A DNA stretch of 31,574 bases from a virus (Duplodnaviria > Caudoviricetes). The notes below the pieces were generated by a model. It worked only from the letters and a program-made list of their open reading frames with translations. It was not told the origin of the DNA and did not search any database. A program made the translations under genes and the position numbers. Shown piece after piece: positions 18,195 through 25,171 of this stretch. The stretch covers positions 1 through 31,574 of IMG/VR virus record IMGVR_UViG_3300048777_000037; one strand, 5' to 3'. Position 1 is the first letter of the stretch. Each line of letters starts with the position of its first letter.

Positions 18195-19799
18195 TTAGTG
18201 AACTGGTAGGATGCTCAGCGTGTCGAGCACAAATCCACCTGTGCCAAAGGCGGCGGCGTTGATGACTTCAAGGTCAAGCCACTGCGTACCGCTCGAAGGA
18301 ATGCCGGTGATCGCCGCCACGTTGATGTCAGTTTCCACCAAAGCCGCCGTAGCCGCCGCCGGGTTGGTCATCGCCCATGCGTGAACATCCGCCGTAGCTG
18401 CGGTACCACTGTTAGAGAGAATATCCACAGTGAAGCAGAACTGAGAAACAGCGTTACCACTGGTGGCCGTGGAAACCGCGCCGGTCGTAGTCGCAAGGGC
18501 AACATCTGAATTGTTGTATGTGCCCTCCAGTAGTGCAAACTGAATCTGCGTTCCAGTCGTCGCGTAAGTGAAGTGACCGCCGCCGCAAATCTTATACTCC
18601 CTTCCAACCTGCCCGAACAGTGTTCCATTGATGGTGATCGCGCCGATATGGTAGGTTGCAGCGGAAGTTGCCGTCCCGGTGAAGGTAGCATACGTAACAG
18701 GAATCGGACTGACCGCTCCGGCAGAGTTTGCAGCCAAATATGAGAAAGCTGTGCGATTGACCGTATCGGTAGCGCCGATTACCTTGGCTTGAGTATTGAC
18801 CGGGGTGACGCTGATAAGCGCAGTCGAGGAAGTCTGACCATAACTGGTATTCGTCAACGCGCAAGCCGGAATCACGCTCTCAATTGTGGTTAGAGTGCAA
18901 TTCGCGCTGGTGACAGGAACCCAGAACTCGTTGCCTGATCCGCCGCCCTGAATGGTCATGTAGACGATGTAGCCAACCTGTCCAGCGGCAGCAGCAGGGG
19001 CGTTTACCGTGATGCTGGCGTTGGTAGCGGTAGCCGTGAGAGAAGAAGCAACTTCCGAGGACGCCTGTGATACCTGCCCCAAAACATCCACATAGGCCGT
19101 CTTGAAGTAGTACGCGCCCGCCGTCAAAGAACCGCCAGCGGTAAGAGTCCCAGTGGAAGCAGCGGCGGCGGAAGTAGTAGTTTGCACCGTGGACGTAGTG
19201 GTAAACCAGCGCAAACCGTAGTAGCCGGAAGTATCCTCAATGGTTACATACGGATACGGGGTTGTAATCGCCTGAATAGCCGCCTGTGTTCCGCCTGCCA
19301 CATACCACTTCTCGCCAATCTCAACGATGTTTCCAATGCTGGGCGTGAAGGCTGCGAAGTTGATAGCTTCAATCAAACCAGCATCACCGGAACGAACAAT
19401 ATCCCCCGCGCCGTGCGCATAGGTAAACGATGCAGTAACCGAGCATTGCTGGTAGCTGTTTGCTTGTCCGGTATTGCAACTGGCAGAACTCGGTGTCACT
19501 ACCTCATACGTCGCGCCGGAGCCGATAGCGATTGATGGAAGTACGGGAGATGAGAAAGGATAGAACACATATCCAGTTCCACCACTCGAAGACTTGCCGT
19601 AATTCAGGGTGATGGAGTAGCTGGTGCCAGCATTGCCACCGCCCGCGCCGACTACCAGAGCGGCACCTTGGCCCTGCGCTCCATAAGCGAAGCTCACAGC
19701 GTCAACGCGGCCACCAAAAGTTGTTGGACCAGCAGGAACCTGCGCTACGACGGGCAAAGCCAGAAGCAACGCGCCGATAATCAAGAGTGCCTTTTTCAC
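18195..19799 (-). CDS. Beta-rich T/A/G/S protein with N-terminal Sec signal peptide and FN3-like motif
   Basis: MKKALLIIGALLLALPVVA|Q signal peptide. GSLTAGAYYFKTAYVDVLGQVSQASSE motif. SD AAGGAG. Confidence 0.75.
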   Translation of the reverse strand: MKKALLIIGALLLALPVVAQVPAGPTTFGGRVDAVSFAYGAQGQGAALVVGAGGGNAGTSYSITLNYGKSSSGGTGYVFYPFSSPVLPSIAIGSGATYEVVTPSSASCNTGQANSYQQCSVTASFTYAHGAGDIVRSGDAGLIEAINFAAFTPSIGNIVEIGEKWYVAGGTQAAIQAITTPYPYVTIEDTSGYYGLRWFTTTSTVQTTTSAAAASTGTLTAGGSLTAGAYYFKTAYVDVLGQVSQASSEVASSLTATATNASITVNAPAAAAGQVGYIVYMTIQGGGSGNEFWVPVTSANCTLTTIESVIPACALTNTSYGQTSSTALISVTPVNTQAKVIGATDTVNRTAFSYLAANSAGAVSPIPVTYATFTGTATSAATYHIGAITINGTLFGQVGREYKICGGGHFTYATTGTQIQFALLEGTYNNSDVALATTTGAVSTATSGNAVSQFCFTVDILSNSGTAATADVHAWAMTNPAAATAALVETDINVAAITGIPSSGTQWLDLEVINAAAFGTGGFVLDTLSILPVH

Positions 19800-19826
19800 G
19801 TCATTCTCCTTGGGCGTTCTGCCCGG

Positions 19827-20300
19827 TTACATTCCGCCCAGTGCTGGGCCTTCCTCGTTCTCTTCTTCGCCGTGCGCGTGTTGCGGCTCCTGTGCCTCTT
19901 CGCCAAAGAACTTGTCCAATGCGCCTTTGGCTTCCTCGGCGGTGTTGTGTTCGCCATGATCCTCGTGATTCCCCGCCTCGTCAATCGAGTGGGAATGGGC
20001 CGAGATGCCGTCGTGATGGAAGATGTGGTGCTTGTCGCCGTCCGTTACCTTGTGGCCAAGGTGGGCAAGCATATGCAGATGGTCGGGATGCTCTTCGCGG
20101 GTTCCGTCGGGATGCTCCGTGTGGAAAGTCCCATCGCCGTGGTCATGGACTTCGTGAATCTGATCGCTGCCGCCATCACTCTTCTCTTGCTCTTCAGTCG
20201 ATTCGTGCGGTTTGGTTTCACTATGCGGCTTGGGGATGTAAGAGCTATTCCGCTCCCCGCCGCGCATCTTTCCGAGTCCGTCAAAGCCGTCTCGCGCCAT
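19827..20300 (-). CDS. Histidine-rich acidic protein
   Basis: 157 aa with 23 His. TAATG coupling, SD GAGG. Confidence 0.7.
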   Translation of the reverse strand: MARDGFDGLGKMRGGERNSSYIPKPHSETKPHESTEEQEKSDGGSDQIHEVHDHGDGTFHTEHPDGTREEHPDHLHMLAHLGHKVTDGDKHHIFHHDGISAHSHSIDEAGNHEDHGEHNTAEEAKGALDKFFGEEAQEPQHAHGEEENEEGPALGGM

Positions 20301-20584
20301 TAGCTGGCCTCACTTTCCAAGATTGAATTGCTGGGCTGTTCTCCAGAGATTGACCCCGCGTTCGGTTGCGAGTCTGTCAAAATGCTTCCAGAGTTGCTCG
20401 TCGTAGGGTCCGCGACACTCGGCTCCTGGGGAACGATGTTCACACCGTCTGCCGGGGTTGGCTCTTTCGGCGCTACCGGCTCGTAATTCTCATCAAGCAG
20501 GGCGGCGAAGCGATCCGCAAGATGCGGGTCACGGGGCAGAATCAACTCATTCTGCAAGAGTTGTACAAATTCACTCGTCTTCAT
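20300..20584 (-). CDS. Hypothetical protein
   Basis: Start MKTSEFVQ with SD GGAG. Low-complexity C-terminus. Confidence 0.55.
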   Translation of the reverse strand: MKTSEFVQLLQNELILPRDPHLADRFAALLDENYEPVAPKEPTPADGVNIVPQEPSVADPTTSNSGSILTDSQPNAGSISGEQPSNSILESEAS

Positions 20585-20885
20585 TCTGTGCTCCAATCTC
20601 AGGTTGCAACCCAAACGCCGCCTCGGTCAACCGGCGCACATCCGCCGAAGACTTGGCCTTGATGGTTGAATTGTCTACCTTTTCCGGGGGATGTGTCAAA
20701 GGAATCTTGCGAATGCGCTGAATTTCGGCCTCAAGCTTGGCATTGCGATCATTCGCCAAGGCTAGCGTTTTGTTTGTCCGACTAAGAGCCTGAGACTTAA
20801 ATGATTGCATCTTAACGCGGTCATCGTTCCAGCCAATTGCCATAATTGCAATCACCACCAAAAGAACGAAGATTAAAGTAGCCAT
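20571..20885 (-). CDS. Membrane-anchored coiled-coil protein
   Basis: MATLIFVLLVVIAIMAIGW transmembrane segment, then a coiled coil. SD AAGGAGG. Confidence 0.65.
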   Translation of the reverse strand: MATLIFVLLVVIAIMAIGWNDDRVKMQSFKSQALSRTNKTLALANDRNAKLEAEIQRIRKIPLTHPPEKVDNSTIKAKSSADVRRLTEAAFGLQPEIGAQNEDE

Positions 20886-21184
20886 GAGTATGCCTCCTTC
20901 CAATTGCAACCATGCTCCTGTGCAAGTTTATGAGCCAGATCGAACTTCTGACGCGTTGAGCAAGGCGGGTTCGGTTTTGGGAACGGCTTATCTAAAACAG
21001 AGTGTATCAGCACTCCGTATTCTTTTATTCGGCCCATCTCTCTGATTCGAGGATCGGGGTCTTTGCGGTTAGGATGCGACTCCCACGCATGACGCATTTC
21101 CTTATCAAGCGCGGTGATAAGTCTCGTTTTTGGCCAGAGTTGCCACCGAAGTTGCTGAGTCTTATTTACTGCCGAGCTGCCCAT
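20873..21184 (-). CDS. Hypothetical protein
   Basis: Start MGSSAVNK with SD GAAGGGG. Overlaps the terminase 3' end. Confidence 0.5.
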   Translation of the reverse strand: MGSSAVNKTQQLRWQLWPKTRLITALDKEMRHAWESHPNRKDPDPRIREMGRIKEYGVLIHSVLDKPFPKPNPPCSTRQKFDLAHKLAQEHGCNWKEAYSWLL

Positions 21185-22722
21185 GGAGACCCCTTCCTCG
21201 GATTGTTGTCCTGCTTCCATTTTGCCATAAGCACACTCTTTGCTGTCATGTCCGCCTTGGGACTCAAGCTCTGATAATACTCCTGTTGCCTCACCTGCAA
21301 CGGTTTTGAGGCCGGTCGGCCAAAGATTGCATACAGCCCGTACCCGGAACCTTGAAGCGGAGAATCTGAGCCGCCAATCCCTGCCTCAATCTGCTCAACA
21401 CGAATCGGGTCAGACTTCACAATTGGGATTATCCGGCGTAACTGGCGACATTTGTCGCTTACCTGCCAACCTGGAATCTCTATCGGGTGCCCACCAGCAT
21501 CCTCGCCAACTCTGATTCGCTTGGCAAGCAGTTCCCTCATTAGTGTATCGCGCCCCAGCTTATCTCTTGTGCTCGGCAGCGGTAATGGGATGCCCTCGCG
21601 CCGCAATACAGGAGTCATTCGCTGATTCACAGACCGCATATCCGCGCCCATTGTGGCTGTGGTTTTGGCGTAGTTTGCGTCGAATGATTGAGTGAAGTTC
21701 ACAAAGTTGGGCATTACCAGTTTTCCGTGTTCATCCTCTTCCATCGCCCATTCCGCCAGCGCCTCCGCCAGGTTCTCAGGGTCTAGGTGTTGCGTATAGA
21801 ACTCATCGTAGGTATAGACCTCACCATCTGGACCCATGCAGTGCTTGTAGTAGCTGGCCGGGTCTTCATAGCCCCAGTTGCCTGAAATCCAGCGGCGATA
21901 CCAGTCTGGAAATCGCACACTGCCATCCTTGAACACGTGGATGTTCTCATCCCAAACGCCCCGGAAGTATCCGCCAGCCGCTCCCCACAGGCCGAACTTG
22001 AGCGCATCGCGCACGTCTGCCGGATATGCTTCCAGGTTCTTGAGGAATGTGGGATCATTGGCGAAGATCGGATTATCTAGATAGGTTGCCGGGAAATAGT
22101 CGTAATCGTCCGGGTTGAATGCCGCCTTTTGGCTGTCGTCCATCCCCATGCAAGGAATACCCTTGACAAACAAATCCTCTACCCACATCGCGCCGATACC
22201 GATTGGATTGCCTGCCCCATACTTGCGAGGCTTATCGCTCACCGGGCAACGATTCCAGGCCGCAACACTGCTCCATTGCTTGAAGGTGAACTCACAAAGC
22301 TCATCGTAACCCATGTGGAACCACTGCCCTTGCCAGCCCCACACATCATACTCGTACTGCATCGACCCGAACTTGGTCGTGGCACCGTTGAGCCAAGTGA
22401 CTTGGTTCTTGCCTTCGTTGTACTGCCTGTAAAGCTCCTTGGGAAACGACTCACGGAAGCGCGTAATCACTGTTGCCTCAAGCATGGGGAATGTGCGCCG
22501 GAACAGAATCGTGTGGACCTTGGGACCGTCCTCATTGCTGAACTCATTGCACGCCTGGAACTGCTCCATCAGCATTCCCATGGTTTTTCCGGGTCCAGCC
22601 GCGCCGCCCATGAACCCGTATGGTGCCGCTGAAGCATGAAAGCGGCATTGGAAAGGTCAAGGGTATGGATCATAAATCTTGCGTGTATCGATTACAAACC
22701 GCTCTGCGCCAGATAGACCCAT
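21166..22722 (-). CDS. terL: Terminase large subunit; probable true start 22722 with an in-frame TGA at codon 22 (22657-22659)
   Basis: SD AAGGAGGT then MGLSGAERFVIDTRKIYDPYP*PFQCRFHASAAPYGFMGGAAGPGKT. Q motif, Walker A GGAAGPGKT, Walker B MGYDE, motif III AGNP. Confidence 0.9.
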
Positions 22723-22737
22723 ACCCTTAAACCTCCT
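22652..22737 (-). promoter_or_regulatory. Long RNA hairpin pairing the terL SD and AUG with codons 18-24
   Basis: mRNA GGAGGUUUAAGGGUAUGGGUC is complementary to GAUCCAUACCCUUGACCUUU. Perfect 10-bp core (22659-22668 / 22719-22728), extended by G-U pairs and one bulge. Confidence 0.7.
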
Positions 22738-22894
22738 TATCTGGATAGATGCCTGAGAAAATAGGCCGTTGCTTCATGCCTTCCACGTGGCGGTACGCGG
22801 CCTCAATCTCCTCGCGGAGAGAATCAATCGTCGCCCCGCTACGGAGCGCGTTGATCGCCCATTCGTATATCTCGTCGCGCTCTACTGTGTCCAT
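22727..22894 (-). CDS. 55-aa hypothetical protein (absent from the ORF track)
   Basis: MDTVERDEIYEWAINALRSGATIDSLREEIEAAYRHVEGMKQRPIFSGIYPDKEV*. Fills the gap exactly, and its last codons carry the terL SD. Confidence 0.65.
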   Translation of the reverse strand: MDTVERDEIYEWAINALRSGATIDSLREEIEAAYRHVEGMKQRPIFSGIYPDKEV

Positions 22895-22897
22895 AGC

Positions 22898-23248
22898 CTA
22901 TCCGTGGTAGATAATGAGTGAGCCGGACGTGGGAGCCGTAGCGAACAGGCCTCGTACCCACGGCACAGCGCATGAGATCGTGGCGAGCGAACCGGCAGTG
23001 ATAGACGAGCCGAGAGATGCGTACAGCGACGCGCTATCCGAGGGGGCAGCTTGCATCTGCAATGCCTGGTTGGTGCCGTTGAACACTGTGCAGTATGTTG
23101 CGCTGTCGGCCGGGTACGGCGCAATGGAAACTTGTTGAGTCGCGAGAATCCCGCTATCGACTGCCGCATTGTTGACCAGCGCGATTTGGTCGCCGGTGTA
23201 GAGCGCAGGCTTGGGAGTGGGCATTGGCTGAGTGTTGTAGGCTGGCAT
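22898..23248 (-). CDS. Small beta-rich hypothetical (possibly virion) protein
   Basis: 116 aa, SD GAGGTGA. Confidence 0.65.
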   Translation of the reverse strand: MPAYNTQPMPTPKPALYTGDQIALVNNAAVDSGILATQQVSIAPYPADSATYCTVFNGTNQALQMQAAPSDSASLYASLGSSITAGSLATISCAVPWVRGLFATAPTSGSLIIYHG

Positions 23249-23256
23249 GGATCACC

Positions 23257-23544
23257 TCACCTGTGAGTGTACATCTTCCTGCAAGTTGTGCACCAGTAGC
23301 CATCCGCACGTTGGAAGCCGGTATGGCCGGTTTGAGCGCATTTGGTGGAGCGGGCTGGACTCGAACCAGCACCCATCTGAGCATCACTGCTCTGCTCTCT
23401 AACCACTTGAGATACCGCCCCATTATGCCACTTGCGAGACCTACATGACTTATTAGGGCACTGTTTTGGCCTTACCCCATCATGCCGCAGCCACACCCAT
23501 CCACAATGATCGCACTTCCACGCCAACGCTGTAATAGTTGCCAT
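23257..23544 (-). CDS. Zn-ribbon protein with two putative Zn sites; the linker is encoded by a tRNA-like element
   Basis: WKCDHCGWVW...PKQCPNKSCRSRKW, then CAQTGH...WCTTC. Confidence 0.7.
   Translation of the reverse strand: MATITALAWKCDHCGWVWLRHDGVRPKQCPNKSCRSRKWHNGAVSQVVREQSSDAQMGAGSSPARSTKCAQTGHTGFQRADGYWCTTCRKMYTHR
23343..23421 (-). tRNA. tRNA-like element with Ala acceptor identity and a non-canonical anticodon arm
   Basis: GGGGCGG/CCGCTCC-A-CCA acceptor, TCTC-AAGTGGTTA-GAGA D arm, GCTGG-TTCGAGT-CCAGC T arm. Anticodon arm CAGAGCAGTGATGCTCAG has no canonical 7-nt loop. Confidence 0.8.
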
Positions 23545-23585
23545 GAGGCCATTGTACTCTAAATGAGTGAGACGTGCTCATTTAG
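23545..23585 (-). promoter_or_regulatory. Putative leaderless promoter with palindromic operator at the head of the late operon
   Basis: TACAAT (23551-23556) lies 6 nt before the ATG at 23544, with no SD. Perfect inverted repeat CTAAATGAG-N9-CTCATTTAG at 23559-23585. Confidence 0.55.
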
Positions 23586-24008
23586 GTGGCTTGGGGGGGG
23601 GGTAAGTCGATTGATGACGCCTTCAATTTCACTGATAGAAAACGCTTCATCGTCCATCGCGTCCCGCACTTGCTCCAGCGTGAACGACTGCGGGCGGTGG
23701 GCCTCGTAATCTTCCAGAGCGTCTTTCATCGACGATGCGTTCTTTCCACCCGCACAATACAAATGGAATGCGCTCTCCACCACGTCATCCGTGATCTTCA
23801 CTTCATTTGCCATCAAGGAGGCGTGAAATTCGCCGATTGCTTCTTGTATGCAGAGTGCGCACATCGGATAAGGGCGCGTCATGTCCAGCACAATAGTGTT
23901 GCCATGATCGCAAGCACAGAACGCTTTACGCGCCAGCGCTCCCAAAACGCGAATATACGCCCATTGCAGCCACCATCGAGCGCGGTTGATTCTCGTCACT
24001 TCGCCCAT
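23559..24008 (-). CDS. Hypothetical protein
   Basis: Likely start MGEVTRIN (TGATG coupling, SD GGAGGGG). CACDH...CALC. C10 run near the 3' end. Confidence 0.55.
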   Translation of the reverse strand: MGEVTRINRARWWLQWAYIRVLGALARKAFCACDHGNTIVLDMTRPYPMCALCIQEAIGEFHASLMANEVKITDDVVESAFHLYCAGGKNASSMKDALEDYEAHRPQSFTLEQVRDAMDDEAFSISEIEGVINRLTPPPSHLNEHVSLI

Positions 24009-24181
24009 CACTTCCCCTCCTTCTGCGCGGTTGCCTTGCGCTTCTTCTGTAACGCTCGGAATTTCCGGCCACGCTCCAGAGCGCATTTCCGGCACTGGCG
24101 CGAACCGTTCTTGCATACATACAGGTTGGCCCCTCGTAAAACGTGACCCTTGCTGCACTTGTAGCTCTTCAAAGCTCCCAT
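24008..24181 (-). CDS. Stand-alone Zn finger of the type found at the C-terminus of phage HNH proteins
   Basis: SD GGGAGG. MGALKSYKCSKGH...NLY...RQCRKC. Confidence 0.65.
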   Translation of the reverse strand: MGALKSYKCSKGHVLRGANLYVCKNGSRQCRKCALERGRKFRALQKKRKATAQKEGK

Positions 24182-24194
24182 GTAGAGCCTCCCA

Positions 24195-24291
24195 AAAACA
24201 GTAAAACATACTTCGCCGATGAATGCAAGCGCAAAAAGCAAATTAAAATTGAAATATGCGCTTGACACAGAGAATCGCCCCGGCGTACTAT
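24195..24291. promoter_or_regulatory. Divergent promoter region
   Basis: Rightward TTGACA(24262)-N18-TACTAT(24286). Weaker leftward TTGCAT-N17-TTTACT. AT-rich centre. Confidence 0.6.
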
Positions 24292-24312
24292 TCAGAAATG
24301 GAGGATTTACCA

Positions 24313-24657
24313 ATGACAACAGCAGGAGCAGTAGCAATCGAACTTCGCAAGTTGGCAGACAGCCTTGACCAGAACCCGGCAGCAGAAGTGCCGTCGCCAA
24401 ACGTTTATTTTTCATGCTCTTACCTCGGAGCGAAGTCGAAGGACATATTTCTTGGCTTGGTGAAGATCATGCCGCGTCCGCTGAAAAAAGAGTATAAGTC
24501 GGATGAGGTTTGGGTGAAGTACAATTCCGAAGTCATATCCGTTGCGGCCTACATTGAACGCTTGAAGGTGTGCGAATTGGTTGAACCTGCCAAATCCGCC
24601 ATCTACCGCTGCGAGCCGCTGCTGTCTGAGGATGAGACGGAAAGCGCAACCGCATGA
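24313..24657 (+). CDS. Hypothetical early protein
   Basis: SD GGAGGA before MTTAGAVAIELRKLADSLD. Confidence 0.7.
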   Translation: MTTAGAVAIELRKLADSLDQNPAAEVPSPNVYFSCSYLGAKSKDIFLGLVKIMPRPLKKEYKSDEVWVKYNSEVISVAAYIERLKVCELVEPAKSAIYRCEPLLSEDETESATA

Positions 24658-24833
24658 CCGCTGACAGTCTGCGAGACTACTACGACAGCCAATTTGGGCG
24701 GGGCGTGAACTCGCCGTATGCGGGTGAGCGCCGCGAGACGGACGCGGGGGACGACATCGACCGCGCGATGGACAGCTTACGCTGGCGGCAAGTCGAGGCC
24801 GACGCGCAGATCGGCCAGAGGGAGGGAAATTGA
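24654..24833 (+). CDS. 59-aa hypothetical protein (absent from the ORF track)
   Basis: ATGA coupling. MTADSLRDYYDSQFG...QREGN*, stop overlaps the next TTG start. Confidence 0.6.
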   Translation: MTADSLRDYYDSQFGRGVNSPYAGERRETDAGDDIDRAMDSLRWRQVEADAQIGQREGN

Positions 24834-25171
24834 CTCTTGAAGATGTAAAAGTAGGCATGACCGTAGCGTTGCGCAATAATTACGGTTTGTCGATTCGCGC
24901 TGAAAAAGTTGTAAAGGTGACGAGTTTGCATATCATCCTTTCAAACAACTGCAAATTCAGCAAGCGCACAGGGTATGATATTCATCGCGGACGGTTTGAT
25001 TCAGCTTCTATCGAAGTGCTCACGCCAGAGTTGATTGATCGAATCCAACGCGAAAAGAACATCAACAAGTTTAGGGATACGAACTGGAAGGAACTTTCCA
25101 GCGACCAGCTTAACCGAATCATTGCAATCACCAAAGAGTCTCTCAAGCAACCGGAGGCCAACAATGCCTGA
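24830..25171 (+). CDS. Hypothetical small beta-barrel protein
   Basis: LEDVKVGMTV...KVVKVT pattern. SD GGAGGG. Confidence 0.65.
   Translation: MTLEDVKVGMTVALRNNYGLSIRAEKVVKVTSLHIILSNNCKFSKRTGYDIHRGRFDSASIEVLTPELIDRIQREKNINKFRDTNWKELSSDQLNRIIAITKESLKQPEANNA

Noticed and set aside
20571-20885. i-spanin or holin call for the TM plus coiled-coil protein
   Set aside because: No endolysin or lipoprotein partner is visible nearby.
21166-22722. Genome-wide TGA reassignment (code 4/25) as the explanation for the terL stop
   Set aside because: Many genes end at TGA exactly overlapping the next start (ATGA, TGATG), and long genes have no internal TGA.
22659-22728. Invertible DNA switch between the inverted repeats
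   Set aside because: Both orientations still end at the same TGA and no invertase is in the window. The G-U-compatible mismatches favour an RNA stem.
23343-23421. Standard decoding tRNA, opal suppressor, tmRNA or attP tRNA fragment
   Set aside because: There is no canonical 7-nt anticodon loop or UCA anticodon, no tag-reading domain, and no integrase nearby. The element is full length rather than a 3' fragment.
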